DNA of 63,015 bases, filler included, from Asterionella formosa (GCA_002256025.1; 20 parts of 20 records of this genome joined end to end with filler, not necessarily neighbours in it), one strand, 5' to 3'. Counted from the whole stretch's first letter, positions 38,487 through 52,618 are shown. Numbers and translations: made by a program. The notes: a model not told the origin generated them from the sequence alone.

Positions 38487-40217
38487 ATGTCCAATGATGA
38501 TCATCTACTGGTACCCGTCGTGAATGTAGTACCAGACTGTCAGTACACCCAAGAAAATGTGCGTTACATGTTTATCCAATATGGCTGGTGTGTGTTTGCA
38601 AGACCTCGCAAATCAGGCCAATCCAAACAGAGGAATGTAATTCACGTTCACCAATCATACTATTATATATGTGGAAGCAGGCACTTACAATGGAATTCTT
38701 TGGACAGGAGATTTTAGGACTAAAAATTTTGGCACATGACTACCATTCCGATGATGACGTTTTGGCACTTAATAATTCTGATTCCGATATTTTGGCGACC
38801 ATAGAAAAGGCCGATTTTGTCGATTTTTGGACAACGATTGCTAAACGTTGGCTGGGTCTGACAGCGATTTAGATACATAGGTAACTTTCAAATATATATT
38901 AATCATTTTTATAGCGCATTCTTACTATCTATTTCTTGAGTTGCTTTTATTGCGCTCCATGGCCCATATAAGGTGGGGCAGTGAAAAGGGTTGGTTGGTA
39001 GTCACTTCCTCGTGTAGAAGTAGTTCAAAAGAAATTGTGGCAGCTTTGTTCTTGGTTCTGTTCTCTATGACTGCACTCTTTATGTTGGCCGGAGAATAGG
39101 ATGGTGAGTGTGGATTGGGTTAAAGATTTCCCGTTTGGCCCCAATTTTGGTGATTCAATTTGAAGTCTCCATAACAATTGGTGATTCCAGGGCTTCCAAC
39201 TCATTTTTTTGGTCGTTGTCTTCATTATCACAAAAATTATTGCTTTGAGCAGCCCATCCAGCTCAGGCGCAATTTCTTCATCAGTGACTCCTTCATTTCT
39301 CTGTATTCTTCTTTACTCTTGTTAATGTTTGTCATATCGCAATTCTTGTATTCTTCTGCTTCTTGCACTATAATAGCGCTCATTGTAGTGAAAGAGTTAT
39401 TAAGCTTCTTCATTTCTTTTCTCTTGTTAATGTCTTTGCCTGGTTCTTTTTCTGTTTGCATTGCGTTAATTCCATTGCTGTGAATTCCCCAACTGATTGT
39501 AGTATTTGTGGAAAACGCTAAATCAACATCCATGCAATTGCTGGTTTTCATTGCTCCTGCCTGCATTAATCTTTGTTTGCTTTTCCATCTCCTCCTCTTT
39601 CTGCATTCTCTTTCTGTCGGATTTCATTACCATCTTATGGTGCTGTCCCACTTTTATGAGATGTTCTTTCTTTTCCTGGTTGGCCGCTTGGATAGCGCCT
39701 TTCGTCATGGTGAATTGGTCATTTTTAGGATTTATTAACTATCAGGACCTGGACGTCCCTGTAGCTTATGTACCACTAGATTCTGTGACCAACGCTGTAG
39801 TACTGTAGTAGTCTTTCTTAAACTCGCCTTTATACTTGGCAAAAAATTGGTAACCTTCAAATAGCATCAGTATATAACTTCTGCCGAGAAACTGCAGAAA
39901 GGAACTTTGCTCTTTTTATTATGCCAAATAAACAGATTTCCCCCGAATTTTCGAGTCTTTTTGGCATAGTTAAAAAACCGAAGTTCCTTTCTGCAGTTTC
40001 TGACCAGATCCTATATACTGACAATATATTGAGTGGACCTGCACCCCTACTTTGTCCGAAGACTGTATTTAAGCATATGGAAAGGGTGTCTATTGGTGAA
40101 AGCTCCGTTGAGCGTTGTACAAATATGATTTATATGTGGAAAGTATGTGTTTGATTAGTCTGACTGAATACTATTTTGTTAACCCTACCTCGAGCTAGGG
40201 GTTCAATTGCAGCAACC
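38487..40217. mobile_element. Partial copy of the Kolobok-like element (one TIR plus TTAA), interrupted by an insertion
   Basis: Homologous to the reverse complement of 16721-17475; ends CTAGGGGTTCAATTGCAGCAACC-TTAA. Confidence 0.88.
38895..39848 (-). mobile_element. ~950-nt insertion with a 15-bp target-site duplication, likely retroposed (non-LTR type)
   Basis: GGTAAC(T/C)TTCAAATA occurs at 38880-38894 and 39849-39863 but is single in the uninterrupted copy. The minus strand ends with AATAAA and an AT-rich tail. Confidence 0.7.
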
Positions 40218-40498
40218 TTAATACATATACAAAGTATATACTGACTCGAAGATGAGCAGAATAATTGGGTTTGTGCTTGCTACATTTTAAGTAGTCAACA
40301 CGGAATCCTATATCATGTAGGTATCATGCTACCTTTGGAGCAAAGTTACTTCGTGGTAATGCATTTAGGTAAAACTTATTCGGATGGATATATGTATGGA
40401 ATCTGCAACCTGGAAAATTAAGAAATAATATTTAACCCCCGAAAATTATTGCCGTCAAACGGTTTTGAGCATGTTTTCCGGATGTCCCAGGAACCTGG

Positions 40499-40967
40499 TG
40501 AGCGATCTTGCGCATCAATACAGATGTATATAGGGTTAGTGTTATATCATATATGTATGAGAACTCAATAATGAGAGAACTCGACTAACCCTCATTGTAT
40601 ACTTTGGTGTCGACTTGGAGAACGAGTTACACACAAGGATTAACAAATAAGCTTATATATTCAACAAATACTACTACTTCTAGTTAGATACTTCACTTTG
40701 AATTCAAAAAGAGTCCAATTAGAATTAATATTGTTGATGTCCTCTCAAGTTCCAGTGGTCCCATTGATGAAGGATAACAACATACTAAACATCAAGATTC
40801 AAACTTCTTTGTGTATCCTAACAAGCCAGGTCGACATTTCGAGTCTTACAGCAAAGATATGATCAATTGACGCTCAGGGGAAGCTTGTTTATTGATTTCA
40901 GTAAATCCTGTGATATGGCTAACACATATATCTTCAGTCCAGCAGATTCCTTGCTTGTTCACCTACT
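40499..40967 (+). mobile_element. Gypsy LTR/leader plus degenerate gag start, related to 649-1075
   Basis: Nucleotide similarity to 652-845. MSSQVPVVPLMKDNNIL resembles MYSRVPVIPLIKDYNVL in the first contig. Confidence 0.75.
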
Positions 40968-41539
40968 NNNNNNNNNNNNNNNNNNNNNNNNNNNNNNNNN
41001 NNNNNNNNNNNTTAATTAATTAANNNNNNNNNNNNNNNNNNNNNNNNNNNNNNNNNNNNNNNNNNNNAAGGAACTTATTGGTTCTCAGAACTGTTTTGAT
41101 TAACCGTAATGAATCAGTGATGAAACATAGGAAATCGTCTATTTCTGCTACATTTGGTGGCATATTGTGGTCTTTCTGATGTAGTCTAAAATCTCGAGGA
41201 AAGTGAGTTTTCCATAAAATCATCGCTGGTCCTATATGTTTCCGAAATTTTCTTGAAATTTCAAATGTTGTTTCGTTAAACAAGCCAGACTCTAGGACCA
41301 AATAGAATTTGATAAGAACAAAATCCAGGACACTGTCATCTAGCCTCGTCTCCTTGCCTTTGTCATCATGATCAAAGTATTTGACCAATAAGAGTCGTTC
41401 CTTACTCTTTCATTGACTCTTGAACAGACATGAAATACGCCATAGAAACACGTTTTTCAACAAGGGAAAGATGGGAATGTGGAATTTTTTTCATAGATGT
41501 TGGTGCCTAGTAATCTAACTATGTTTATGCTCATACTAC

Positions 41540-41625
41540 TTTCGACATCTTTTCTAAGTGTCTCCAGCCATTCAGACCGTCTAAGTTCTTGTTCAGTTTC
41601 TGGGTTTTTGGTTGGAGACACTGTT
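41540..41625 (-). pseudogene. PIF/Harbinger transposase fragment
   Basis: PTKNPETEQELRRSEWLETLRKDVE matches the E-S-x-R-K-D-V-E catalytic helix of Harbinger transposases. Confidence 0.65.
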
Positions 41626-44600
41626 GTGGTCAAAGTCAAAAGTTTTCCTCGTTCTTAGTGCAACATGATGGAACAGGAAGGACTAATTTATGAAATTTTT
41701 GATTGAAGGTTCAGATAGGGAATGTTTTATATGTAATTGAACGCTATTCATTACTATTTATAAGATAACATCTTTCTATTTTTTGAAATGTTTGAATGGC
41801 CGTCAACTACTATCGCCAAGTTCCTCATCCTCTTCTTCAAAGTCAAGGAGGTTAATAGAATTTACGATCTTGGATGTATCCAAAGGTATGGGATCATTCC
41901 TTACAAACTTTTTATGTTCTTGATTGTAATTATCCTAATCATGCGTTGTAAATTCTTGAAAACGAAAATAGTCTTGCCTACCTTCAATGTTGGGCTTACC
42001 CTCACTGTTTGATACTTGTTTCTTTTCGATTACGTTCTGTTGTTAAATATCAACAAGAAGCTCTCTGTAGTACTTCAGTGTTAAATCAGTCCAGCAAAAT
42101 GTCAACCCATTGACTCGGTATGAACTGTTTACAATAAGGTTGTTGTGTCCTTTTGCAGATCCGCCAGTCAAAACAATCCAAATAAACTTACTCAAAACTG
42201 AACGAATGAAATGGTTCAATGTCAATTGGAAGTAATGAATACGCTTAATGCACATTCCTCCAAACGTATGGTTAAAGTACTCTTTTCTTTCCTTAGCACT
42301 TCTTACCGATAGGAAATCATCGGTTCCCCTATGAGAAAATTCTTCAACACCATTCCATATGCAATTGCATTCTGCCAATTCAGAATAATCCTTAACGGCA
42401 AGAGTGATTTCGGGATGACGTTTCAACAAGAACGAAATGCACAATCGTGCATACCAATGACTTGTTGGACTTGATATTCCAATACTACTTGCTGGCACAC
42501 ATGTTTCAGCAGGAATGGTTGGTATCGATATCAAAAACAAGGTGATTCAAGGAGATTTAAATGTTTACATGAACTTACCTGGGTGTTACAAAGTGTTCTA
42601 GTATGAAATATTTCACCAACGAATTCGGTTGCATGAGAGGAAGTTATCGATGCAACTATATCCCTTCGTCTTGTATAAACAGTAGTGGCAAGGCTGGAAT
42701 CTTTGTATCCACTGATAGACAAGTTATTCAGGGAGATTTTGCGTTCCCATAGGTCAATCTTATTATGAAGTTGTTGAACATAAAACAACAACTGATAATG
42801 ATGCTTCTGAACAATGACTGTTTCACGACTTAGGCGGAACTGTGATATATACTATTTGAGATTGTCGCCATTATCGAGATGTAAGTCCATAATATTTGTC
42901 TTTGGATTATCAGTGACTGGTGAATCGTCACTCCTTCCTTGAATGGGTGGATAAAAAGGCGGCACCTTCTTGTTACCAGGAGAGGACAGTTCTGACAAAA
43001 TATCATCATTGTCAGAATCTGAATCTTGGTGATGATCTCGCTGCTTTGTTGAAGCAGTTGTATTTGTTACAAACTCTTCGTACTCATGAGACAATTTCGT
43101 TGCAGGAGTAGCGAAACGCCAGCTTTGTTGCTTTGACATGAATAGGAAGGCTTTATTTCCGAGTCTTTTCATCCTGGTTACTACTGTTGCGGTACTTCTT
43201 CTGAGACAAGTTATCAATTGTAGAGCGAATAATCGCTTCTTTTTATTCCTTTACCGGACATGACGATAACAATGTACAGGAGTCAAGTTAAACGGGCCGC
43301 TGATGCTTTAAAATCAAAGAATGAAACAATAATAAAAGAGAAAAGTCTGATATTAGCTATTTTTGGCATGTCAAAAATAAAAAAAGAGTTGGTCTCTTAG
43401 ATCATACAGAAATGTTAATTTATCATTCACTACCTATGTTATAATCGGAGTACTTCGGCATTATATCATAATAATCCTCAGGACAAACGATAAAAATCAA
43501 CCTAAATACGAGGTAAGAAACCGCACTTAATATGTTTGTGCACAATGCTGCCGAGGCTTTGTAGTGTCTGTGTCAATTAATTATGATTTCGACATTGGAA
43601 CGTGAAGTTATATAGATACATGCAACCAGAAGATTTTCTGCCAGAACCACCACTTTATTTGCCTCTGCCTCTTCCTGTCTTTGCATTATTTTTAAAAATT
43701 GTTCTTGTTGACATAGTCTTGGTGAACTTCATGTCATCTTCGACAGTGAATCTCAGGTGCATGTGGTCACACAGCAGCTTGATTGGTATCCATTTCTGTT
43801 GGTCGGAATTTTCTGAACTGATAATATTAAAATAGCTCAAAATTAAATGAGAATAAATGCCCTTGCAGATACATTGGCTCATTCTATTAGAACAGACGAT
43901 GGTGAATCTTGAACCAGAGTTGGATCCATGAGATCACTAAGTTGTACAAAGAAAAGCGACAGTCAAAGATGACCATTGAGCGAGGAGGCAAAACAACAAG
44001 CTTTTTTGCCTGTTATCATAAAATTTAGAAGGGTTAGGGTTATCCGTTGTACTAGGTCTACATGAGCCAACCCGACGTCCTCAAAATTTGGACACAGCCA
44101 GTCATAAGATGAATACCGGNNNNNNNNNNNNNNNNNNNNNNNNNNNNNNNNNNNNNNNNNNNNTTAATTAATTAANNNNNNNNNNNNNNNNNNNNNNNNN
44201 NNNNNNNNNNNNNNNNNNNGAAATCAGACAACGATTACGTTCGGGAAAGAAAACCAAAAATTATATTCACGGTGCAGTATTAGCCAAGACATGAAGAATG
44301 CAAAAGTACCAGTATACTGTTTACAATTCAGTAATGATTGCCAACAATGCCGGGTAATGCTGTGCCTGGTAGGAGTACTAGGGAGTAAAACAGTTTCAAC
44401 CACATCACATTTAGACAAGCAAGTAGATTTCACTTTTTTTGCATATTGATGTCAAATAATATGCAATGCATTTTACGTTCTATCAGGATAGCTGCTTCTG
44501 ATGCAGAATGTTGACAGTTGAAGGATGAGGGACAATGGCAAAGTGGTCTAGAACAGAAATCCCCATCATGCTCGATTCTTTGTTTTCCTTACCAGATACC

Positions 44601-46756
44601 CTTTAGTTGAAGTGTTCTTATCAGGGAGGGGGAGAGGCTGCTCCTGTTTTGTAAAAGTCCTAGTAGGCCAGTATGCTACCCCTGGTTGAATGTGAAGAGC
44701 AAAAAGTACATCCATACAAACCAGCAAGTTGTGGTAAATTTGCCAAAATGATGATTTGGTCATCACGGATATTCATGCCTGCTGATCCGGAACTTCAATA
44801 AATATGCTGGCTAGCTTGGACAACGATTATCTTTCATTCATGGCATGATTGTTTTGAAAACTATCATGCTGGAATTCGATTTGGCAAGAACTATTTTCGG
44901 GTGAAACTCATTCCCCAAATCTCAAACCCCCATTCCAAAAATTTGGTGTTTTTCCAGAGAGCTAGATTTTGTCAGGGTCAGAGGCATACACAGAGCAATC
45001 ATAAACCAATGAGTGTACAAATGCATAGTATGTATTGGAATACAACAATAAAAATGTGCGGGAATAAATATAGCAGTATTTCTATGTAGAATATATGTAC
45101 TGGTAGCCTCTCCTAAATTCCTGAATAAATGTTTATTATAATATGTATGCTGATGAACTAATCATAGAATGCACTTATTTTTACTATGTATTGTTAATTT
45201 TTCTACATCTAAGTGTACTGGGGAGTTCTTAAAATATCATGTTTGCTGGTACTTGTAGTTCATCATGACAATGGATGATCCGCCTATTGTAAACAGATAA
45301 AACACAAATTACAGATCAATTGTTGTTTTCAGCTACCAATGTTCTACTTTATATCCACTTGATGTACGAAGGTTTCTTATGTACAAACAATTCCCTTTTT
45401 AATCTGGCAATACATCATGGTGATATTGTTGCTGTGGTCAAGCGCCATATCGCTTCTGCGGATTTTCTATTTTCGATATTTTGCAATGTATATCAAAGCT
45501 ATGTAAACATTTTTTTCACTACTACTTGCTGAAGATACTGTATTCTATCTAGGAAATGGCTCAGTGATTTAGCACGTTGCTTTTGATCTGAGGTTGTGAG
45601 GTTCAATTCCCGCAATTCTTTTGAGAAGCAATTGTTGGGTTCAACTCCCACACTTCTTACCATCCCACATGGTCTTGCCTGGTGTGCAAGAAATAGTGGG
45701 TTGCTCCACCCCCTAATACAAGCAGTGTGTGCTGCCTTCCTAGGCGATCGGAGCTTCCCTAATGTTGTAGCTAACATGATCACCTTTTGCGAAAGGTGGT
45801 TGGGGAATCACTTACACTAACAAAACTACTAGGGAATCAAAGGTCTTGTCAGCAGGTAGCACAATAAAAGACTTGCCTAGGAATATGGGAGTACAAATGG
45901 GCTATAAAACAGACTATCCTTTTCCTTGTATTCTATCTAAGAAAGTAATAAAAGGGTTAAGCAGTTGTTCATAATTAATAGTCATTTGTTTATCATGGTC
46001 TGTTGTAATGGTAACAATGGGAAATTTCCTTTGGTCAAGTCATTGTGTAAAAATGTGCACATAGAAAATGCCTGTTACAGTAATATGTATATTCATATGA
46101 TTTGTACCACAGCTGTTTGCACTTCTGTACTCATTCATAGTATGAAATGCATGTAAATGAAGAGATTTCTGGAATAAGGAATCTTGACACTCGGAATTGA
46201 TATTGGAAAAACCCCAATTGTAGCAAAGTTCTTCAGAAACTGGTTTTTCCAGAAAATTATTCTTTTAAACAAATAGATTTTGATAAAAATCGAAAGTAGT
46301 GGGCCAGTTCAGAAAGATTAGGTAGAAATTTATAAATGTTGAATTAAAATTTCCGGAGGGGTCGAAAGTCTACTTTTGTACAGTCAATCATGGTATTCTA
46401 CCCAATTACCAGTGCCGCTAGTAAATTGCCTAGACGATAATAGCTACGTTATCATACTAGAGCGAGGTTGGGGTAAAGAAGCACTTAACTATGAGGAAAA
46501 CAAACCTAAATTTCTTTTTTACCTGGTACCGGTACCCGGTAGCAGGTACCACAACTTGCTCTGGAAGGTCCAGTAATCAGCGCACATAGTGTGCAGGTTG
46601 CTCATTTTCTGTTCATTGATTCACATGCAAGAAAAAGGCAGGGGTACAAACCCAAAAATTGTCGAACCCCTGAATTTCGCGCCACTCCATTATATTTTAA
46701 ATAGTTTTTTACACCGATGTTAAGCTGTTACTCGTTTTATTGTCAAAATGAACTGG

Positions 46757-47270
46757 AAGCCAGCAGTCAGCAGTCAGCAAAAGAAGTGAGCAGTCAGCGA
46801 TTTTTTCAAAATATCAGTGAATCAAGTCAGCAGTGAGCAAAACAAAGTCCGCAGTCACTAGTTAGCAGATTGAAGTCAGCATTTTTACAATAGTACATCA
46901 TGGTAGCAATATGAAGAAGTAGATAGCAATGACCTTTTAAGGCATCAATTTCTATTTCACAGTTTATCATCATGTACAGAGTACCCCTGATAGTATGAAT
47001 GTAGAAGGCATCGCTTTTAGGATCCCAACAACAAAAAGATGCTTTTCCATCATTGCTTATTGAAATATGAAAAGTAAACACGATTTGTACACCGGTACCG
47101 GTAGTTGGTCTCTTCCTGTGTACAAAGTAGCTTTCTTGACGTCGGCATGTTGAAGTTAGCAGTCAGCAAATGAAGTCAGCAGTCAGCAAATATTTCATAT
47201 TTTCAGCAAAGCAAGTCAGCAGTTAGCAACAAGAAGTCTGCAGTCAACCAGTTGAAGTTGGTAGTCAGCA
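46757..47270. repeat. Degenerate (AGTCAGC)n arrays
   Basis: Many AGTCAGC/AGTTAGC units at 46757-46882 and 47153-47270. Confidence 0.85.
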
Positions 47271-48483
47271 NNNNNNNNNNNNNNNNNNNNNNNNNNNNNN
47301 NNNNNNNNNNNNNNTTAATTAATTAANNNNNNNNNNNNNNNNNNNNNNNNNNNNNNNNNNNNNNNNNNNNCAAGAGAGCGAAAGCAAGTGGCTCTTTTCA
47401 TTGTTGTTTGCTCGTAGGAAGAATTTGATATCTGTATCGTCATTTGCTTGTTGGAATTGTCCGTTGCCTCAAACCTGCTTGGCGTGTGCGTACACACAGC
47501 CACTGTTGACTTGTTTTCATTGGTATGTTGTTCTTGTATTCACTGTTGAACTTGTCCGCATCTTTGTTAACATCAATAGAGCGACAAGTGGGTCTCTTCA
47601 TTGTTGTTTGCTCCTGGAAAAGTCGGTGTCCGTGTCATCCTCATCAATAGAGAGACAAGTTCTTTCGTTGGAAAAATTGGTACCCATGGTATCATCATTC
47701 GCTCGTTGGAACCACTGTCCGTTGCCTCAAACCTGATTAGCGTCTGAGTACCGATATGTGCACTGTCGACTTTTGTACATTACAGGTGGAGTGACTTCGC
47801 TACTAAATTGCGTGATATAATAATATACCCTGTAGCACGATGCAGAATACAGTTTCTTCCCACTAAAGTGCGTGTTATAATATCATACTCCGTAGTACGA
47901 TGAATAATACTACAGTTCCCAATCATCTCATCATAATTGATAAGATGATAATGTGATATCACGATAGGTTTACATCGATGCATACATCATCATTGATAAG
48001 ATGATAATGTGATATCATGATAAGGTTACATCGATGCATAAATCACCAAAGTATGATACGTAATATTGAATAAAGTACATAACATAGCTATGATACATTG
48101 ATCCTAAAACTATGATGATTTTATAAAATGTTTATGATATAATTTTGATCAAAATATGATCATGTAAAAATAATACAATGACAATAAAATACGATAAAAT
48201 ATGTACGCAAGTGTTACCAAGACATCATAGAATATAAATCAAGCAATCATAAAGTATGTTAATTAATATATATGTTTGTCGTTTAATGTATACAGTTAAA
48301 GTCAACAGTTAATATGATAGTATTATACAGTGGATAGGATCTAAGTATACGGATGCGTTGATATGTACATCACTATAATATGATTTGTGATATGGATTGA
48401 TGCATATCACATACCGGTATCCTCAACAACCAGCCATCACGTTCATTGTTGTGTCGTCTTTCCTTGTTTTAGCTATATATATG

Positions 48484-48687
48484 CTCAGATCCGTTCCATT
48501 GCAAATCTTCCTTCAATAGGTCAAACTCGTCATCCTTGAGCATTTGCATTCCAGTGGCATCGTAGGACTGAAGCGCATCCAGAAAGATACACTCCTTTTC
48601 GGCTACGGTGAGACGAATGAGTTCCCCAATTTCCGGATCGACAACACAGTATTCCTCATCAGGACTAGTTTCGTTTTTGCTTGATTC
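48484..48687 (-). pseudogene. PGRL1: Isolated exon fragment of PGR5-like protein 1
   Basis: Manual translation gives ESSKNETSPDEEYCVVDPEIGELIRLTVAEKECIFLDALQSYDATGMQMLKDDEFDLLKEDLQWNGSE. It is preceded by the acceptor CTTTCCCCATAG and stops after four more codons. Confidence 0.75.
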
Positions 48688-49257
48688 CTATGGGGAAAGA
48701 CGGAAGTAAGAATTTTTATTTACTCATAAATAGTTACTAACAAAATGGTTATTTGTTTTTAATCAAGTACAGCCATTTGCAAATAACCGGACGCTGGTGT
48801 CGTTTCTTTTGCTCCATCGACCGAGTCGGACAGAAGTGTCATGTTTATGACAAGTCTCTTCGTTCCAACCACTCCTCATATTCGAAACCGTTTGATTCGT
48901 CGTTGTGGCAAGTTTTGTTGCGCAGGAAGTCACAAATAGGCGGGAGACATCCATCGACCAAGTCGGACAGAAGTGTCAGGTCAGTTCTTGTCACGTCTCT
49001 TCGTTCCAACTCCTCTTATTCGAAACCGTTTGATACGGCGGGATACAACCTTCCTCGCTGTTTCCCAAGTCCAATGGTACCACCAGAATGCAGCAAAGTT
49101 TTCTTCCCATTCATGATCCTTGTGACTTCGTCATGTTGTGGCGTTCTACCCCCTGCTCCATAACCACAGCCACCCTGTCGCGGGCCGTTGCAAGGCACGA
49201 TAATGGGTGATGTACCAAATTTTTCCGGTATAATAGATTCCAGCGCTTTGACTTTCA

Positions 49258-49662
49258 CAGCCTCTCTACAGAGCTGCGACAGAAAATAATAGGGAATTAA
49301 CATAGTACCACCATAACCGTACATCGCAGCCTCTACAGAGCTGCGACAGAAAATAATAGGGAAAAACATAGTACCACCATAACCGTAAGTGCTACTTAAA
49401 GGTGCTGACAAAAGATGTAGACGTATTACCTGGTACCGGTAGTAACTCGTCAGCCTGGTCCTACATATGGTGTTCTTTTGGTTTTTAGTTTTACGATCAT
49501 ACGATCCTAAAACTATGATGATTTACTGTCCCACTGCAGTAGCAACAGTCCTGAATATATGGTGTTCTATTGGTTTTTAGTTTTATGATCATACGATCCT
49601 AAAACTATGATGATTTACTGTCCCACTGCAGTAGCAACAGTCCTGAACATATGGTGTTCTGT
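49258..49662. repeat. Two local tandem duplications (~68 nt x2; ~92 nt x2)
   Basis: CTACAGAGCTGCGACAGAAAATAATAGGGAA occurs twice; ATATGGTGTTCT recurs at a ~92-nt period. Confidence 0.9.
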
Positions 49663-52261
49663 TGCTAGTTTACTACTCCGACTACCCCCAGTATATCACT
49701 TACTACCTGCTACTGGTACTCTGTATATATATATGATATATTTTTATTGTCATATGATATACCGGTACACATGAAGAGCTCCCAACCAAAAAAGGGGCTT
49801 AAACAATTTGCCACCATAACCCTGGCGGTTATGACTTACACCAATTGAATGGTCTAAATAATTAGTTTCAACGGACGTAGAAAATATCGATGCAAACAAA
49901 TTTCAGAGATAATACCGGTACACATAGTCGTGGAAAACAATGGACATATAGTGCATTGAGTATTTTCGAATTATGTATATGCGAGTATGATCATCTCAAC
50001 CATATCAGATGTTTAATAGCGAGAGCGCCTTTGAATTTTATAAAATGTATAACGCTATATATATATATATTTACAAATTTTATTACTATATTCATGGCAT
50101 ATATATTTTTGAAATCGTTCTGTCATGTTAACAAACAATGCCTGCTGCTTCATGAAAAGATATGTCGTAGTAAAGCACATGACAAGAAAAGAAAGTTTAC
50201 GCAATACATAACGAAAAACATTGTGACTTCGACACATTGCGCCTTCGAAGGATGGAGAATGTTTAAGGTAATGAAGCCATCAATGTGGTAGCTACTTGGA
50301 TGACAATCGTTGGGAGACAGGCAGCACAACAACAAATTGTTAACTAAACGCAGCCACATTTCCTTTTTTCTCAGTTGATTCAACAGCTCGTTTCGCTTGT
50401 TGGGGAGCACCAATGTAAAACNNNNNNNNNNNNNNNNNNNNNNNNNNNNNNNNNNNNNNNNNNNNTTAATTAATTAANNNNNNNNNNNNNNNNNNNNNNN
50501 NNNNNNNNNNNNNNNNNNNNNTCGTAATTGCAGAGGTGGTTGGCAGCCAGCCAGCAGTTCGTTTGGAATAGGCTTTACATAGCTATTACAGTGCTCTGGA
50601 TACTTCCGGTTCCAGCACTCATCAAGGCTTTGTATGCTGCTGGGTTGGCTTGGCTTGGCTTGGCTTGGGTATCTCTTCACACAACTGCAGCGTTGTGAAC
50701 CAGCAGTTCAGCTGCTACTGCCATTGCCACTACTTGCAGGAGCAAGGGACAGTCAAATCCTGATTCATCATTAGAATCAGATGACCACAACACTTGAGTG
50801 GGATCCAGCGACGAGTGAAACTACCAGTATTGTTCCTGACTTGGAGGCTACCTCATTTATTAGAAAAGACCAACAAAGCTATGCTTGCATGGCTTGGTCA
50901 CCGTGATCTCAGTCTCGCTACTGCTCGTTCGTGTGCTTGATGAATTCTGGAGAGAACCTCCACTTGGATCATTGAATCAAACTTATCACAAGAAAGGAAC
51001 CTCGATTATCGAATGGCTAGACGTGAGAAGCGTCCACAACGACGACATTAAAACCAGCCACACAGCAAATACAAATTTATTTGTTTCTAGACCAAAGCTT
51101 AAAAGTCTGCATACCGGTATTCGCTTCAAGCTGTTCACCAGCCACGGGGGGGGGCATTGATTGTTCTCCACACGTGATTCAACTATGGTACCCTTACTGA
51201 AGCTTTGTGGGAAGCTGCCAAGTTCTTTCTTGTCTCGATCTGGAACCTGACTGGATCATGAAGAATGAAAGCCACAATCAAAATAATGAACAACTTGCCC
51301 TTTAGTATAGTTAATTTATTTATTCATTTATTTGCCAATCCGCAGGTTTCCTTTTTGATGGCAAACTATCGTGGTAATGGTACATACAAAGCTATCAAAC
51401 ATGGAAGGACCTATATACATTACCGGTACTATTCATCATCAGTGCAACTGCCCTATTAAATATCACTTGAATGCTGATTATTCTACTTTGAAACTTGTCC
51501 TTGGACTTATTATGGAGTAGCACATTCTGCTACTGGTACTTAGTATGGAGTAGCAAATTTGGCTATTGGATCCTCATCAGAATAGGAGTCCTTGCGAAGA
51601 GTGAATTTCTATTTGGAAATATCCTGTATATGATATATCATATGATGTCCAAGCGCCAATTTCAATTTTTCAAATAATTCCTATGGAACCATATACCGTA
51701 TCTTTGGTGACTTATCGCTTACTGCACCAACTGATGAATCAGATATCCATAGTACTTGATGGGTACTGGTACAACGTGGTTGTACCATCTACGTAGATAC
51801 ATTACAACCTAGTAAAAAGTAGTGCTGGAACGGCCTCAAGTCCCAACTTGTTGGACCTACCATTACAGCAGGGCACTAACAGGCCAATTCGTCTTTAGAT
51901 TGCATCTTATCAGCATGTCTGAAAATTTTAAGGTCTGGCCACTGCTGACCACGCGGAAAAGGCCCATTAATCCAAACTATATCGCCCGTGCAGATGCATA
52001 ACCCAACCTCGTAGCGAACACCAGGGCCATTGAATGTAGACAACATGTTTCAAAGCCCCCCTCAAGGAAAGCGTCAGAGGTATTTAGTGCGTGCTCGTCA
52101 CAAAACAGTGAACAGTGAAATTGATGTGGACAAGCATGGTCCTGTATTTGAACAAACTTATTCACCATGTCTGTCGTAGCTTCCCGTAAGCAGCCTGGAG
52201 GAGATTATCTATGGTGGTAGATATTAAAGTTGGGTTTGTAAATTTTGCTAAAATGATCGTT

Positions 52262-52618
52262 CGAAGGCGATGCCTTGGTGGCAAGTTTTCGTAGCTTTTC
52301 CATTAGCTCTAATCGTTCGAAATACTCTGTCACTTCCTGCAGCAGTGACATCGTACTTGGCTCGATATTGGCTGTCAGCATCGCCACGTGCCATGCGAGA
52401 GGTTTGGCCCTATCGATTATCTCGATGAGCTCCTTGTTGGGAAGTTTTGCTGGTACACCATTTCCCGTGGGAAAATGTGTGAAATTATTATTTAGTTCAA
52501 TTAGACGGTCTACGAAGGCTTTTATGCCGCCGTTACATAGTCTTAATTGATAACGCATATAAGTTTTCTGCTTAGAGAGCCCATCAAAAGGTATGAACCG
52601 GCTGTTTAGGGCTTCCAT
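52262..52618 (-). pseudogene. Gypsy-type gag fragment
   Basis: QKTYMRYQLR...FVDRLIELNNNFTHFP...ELIEIIDRAKPLAW...EYFERLE has the same pattern as the gag in the first contig. Confidence 0.65.

Noticed and set aside
49016..49411. Gly-rich ORF (PCNGPRQGGCGYGAGGRTPQHD) as an enzyme fragment
   Set aside because: The N-terminus derives from a tandem duplication and no family could be recognised with confidence.
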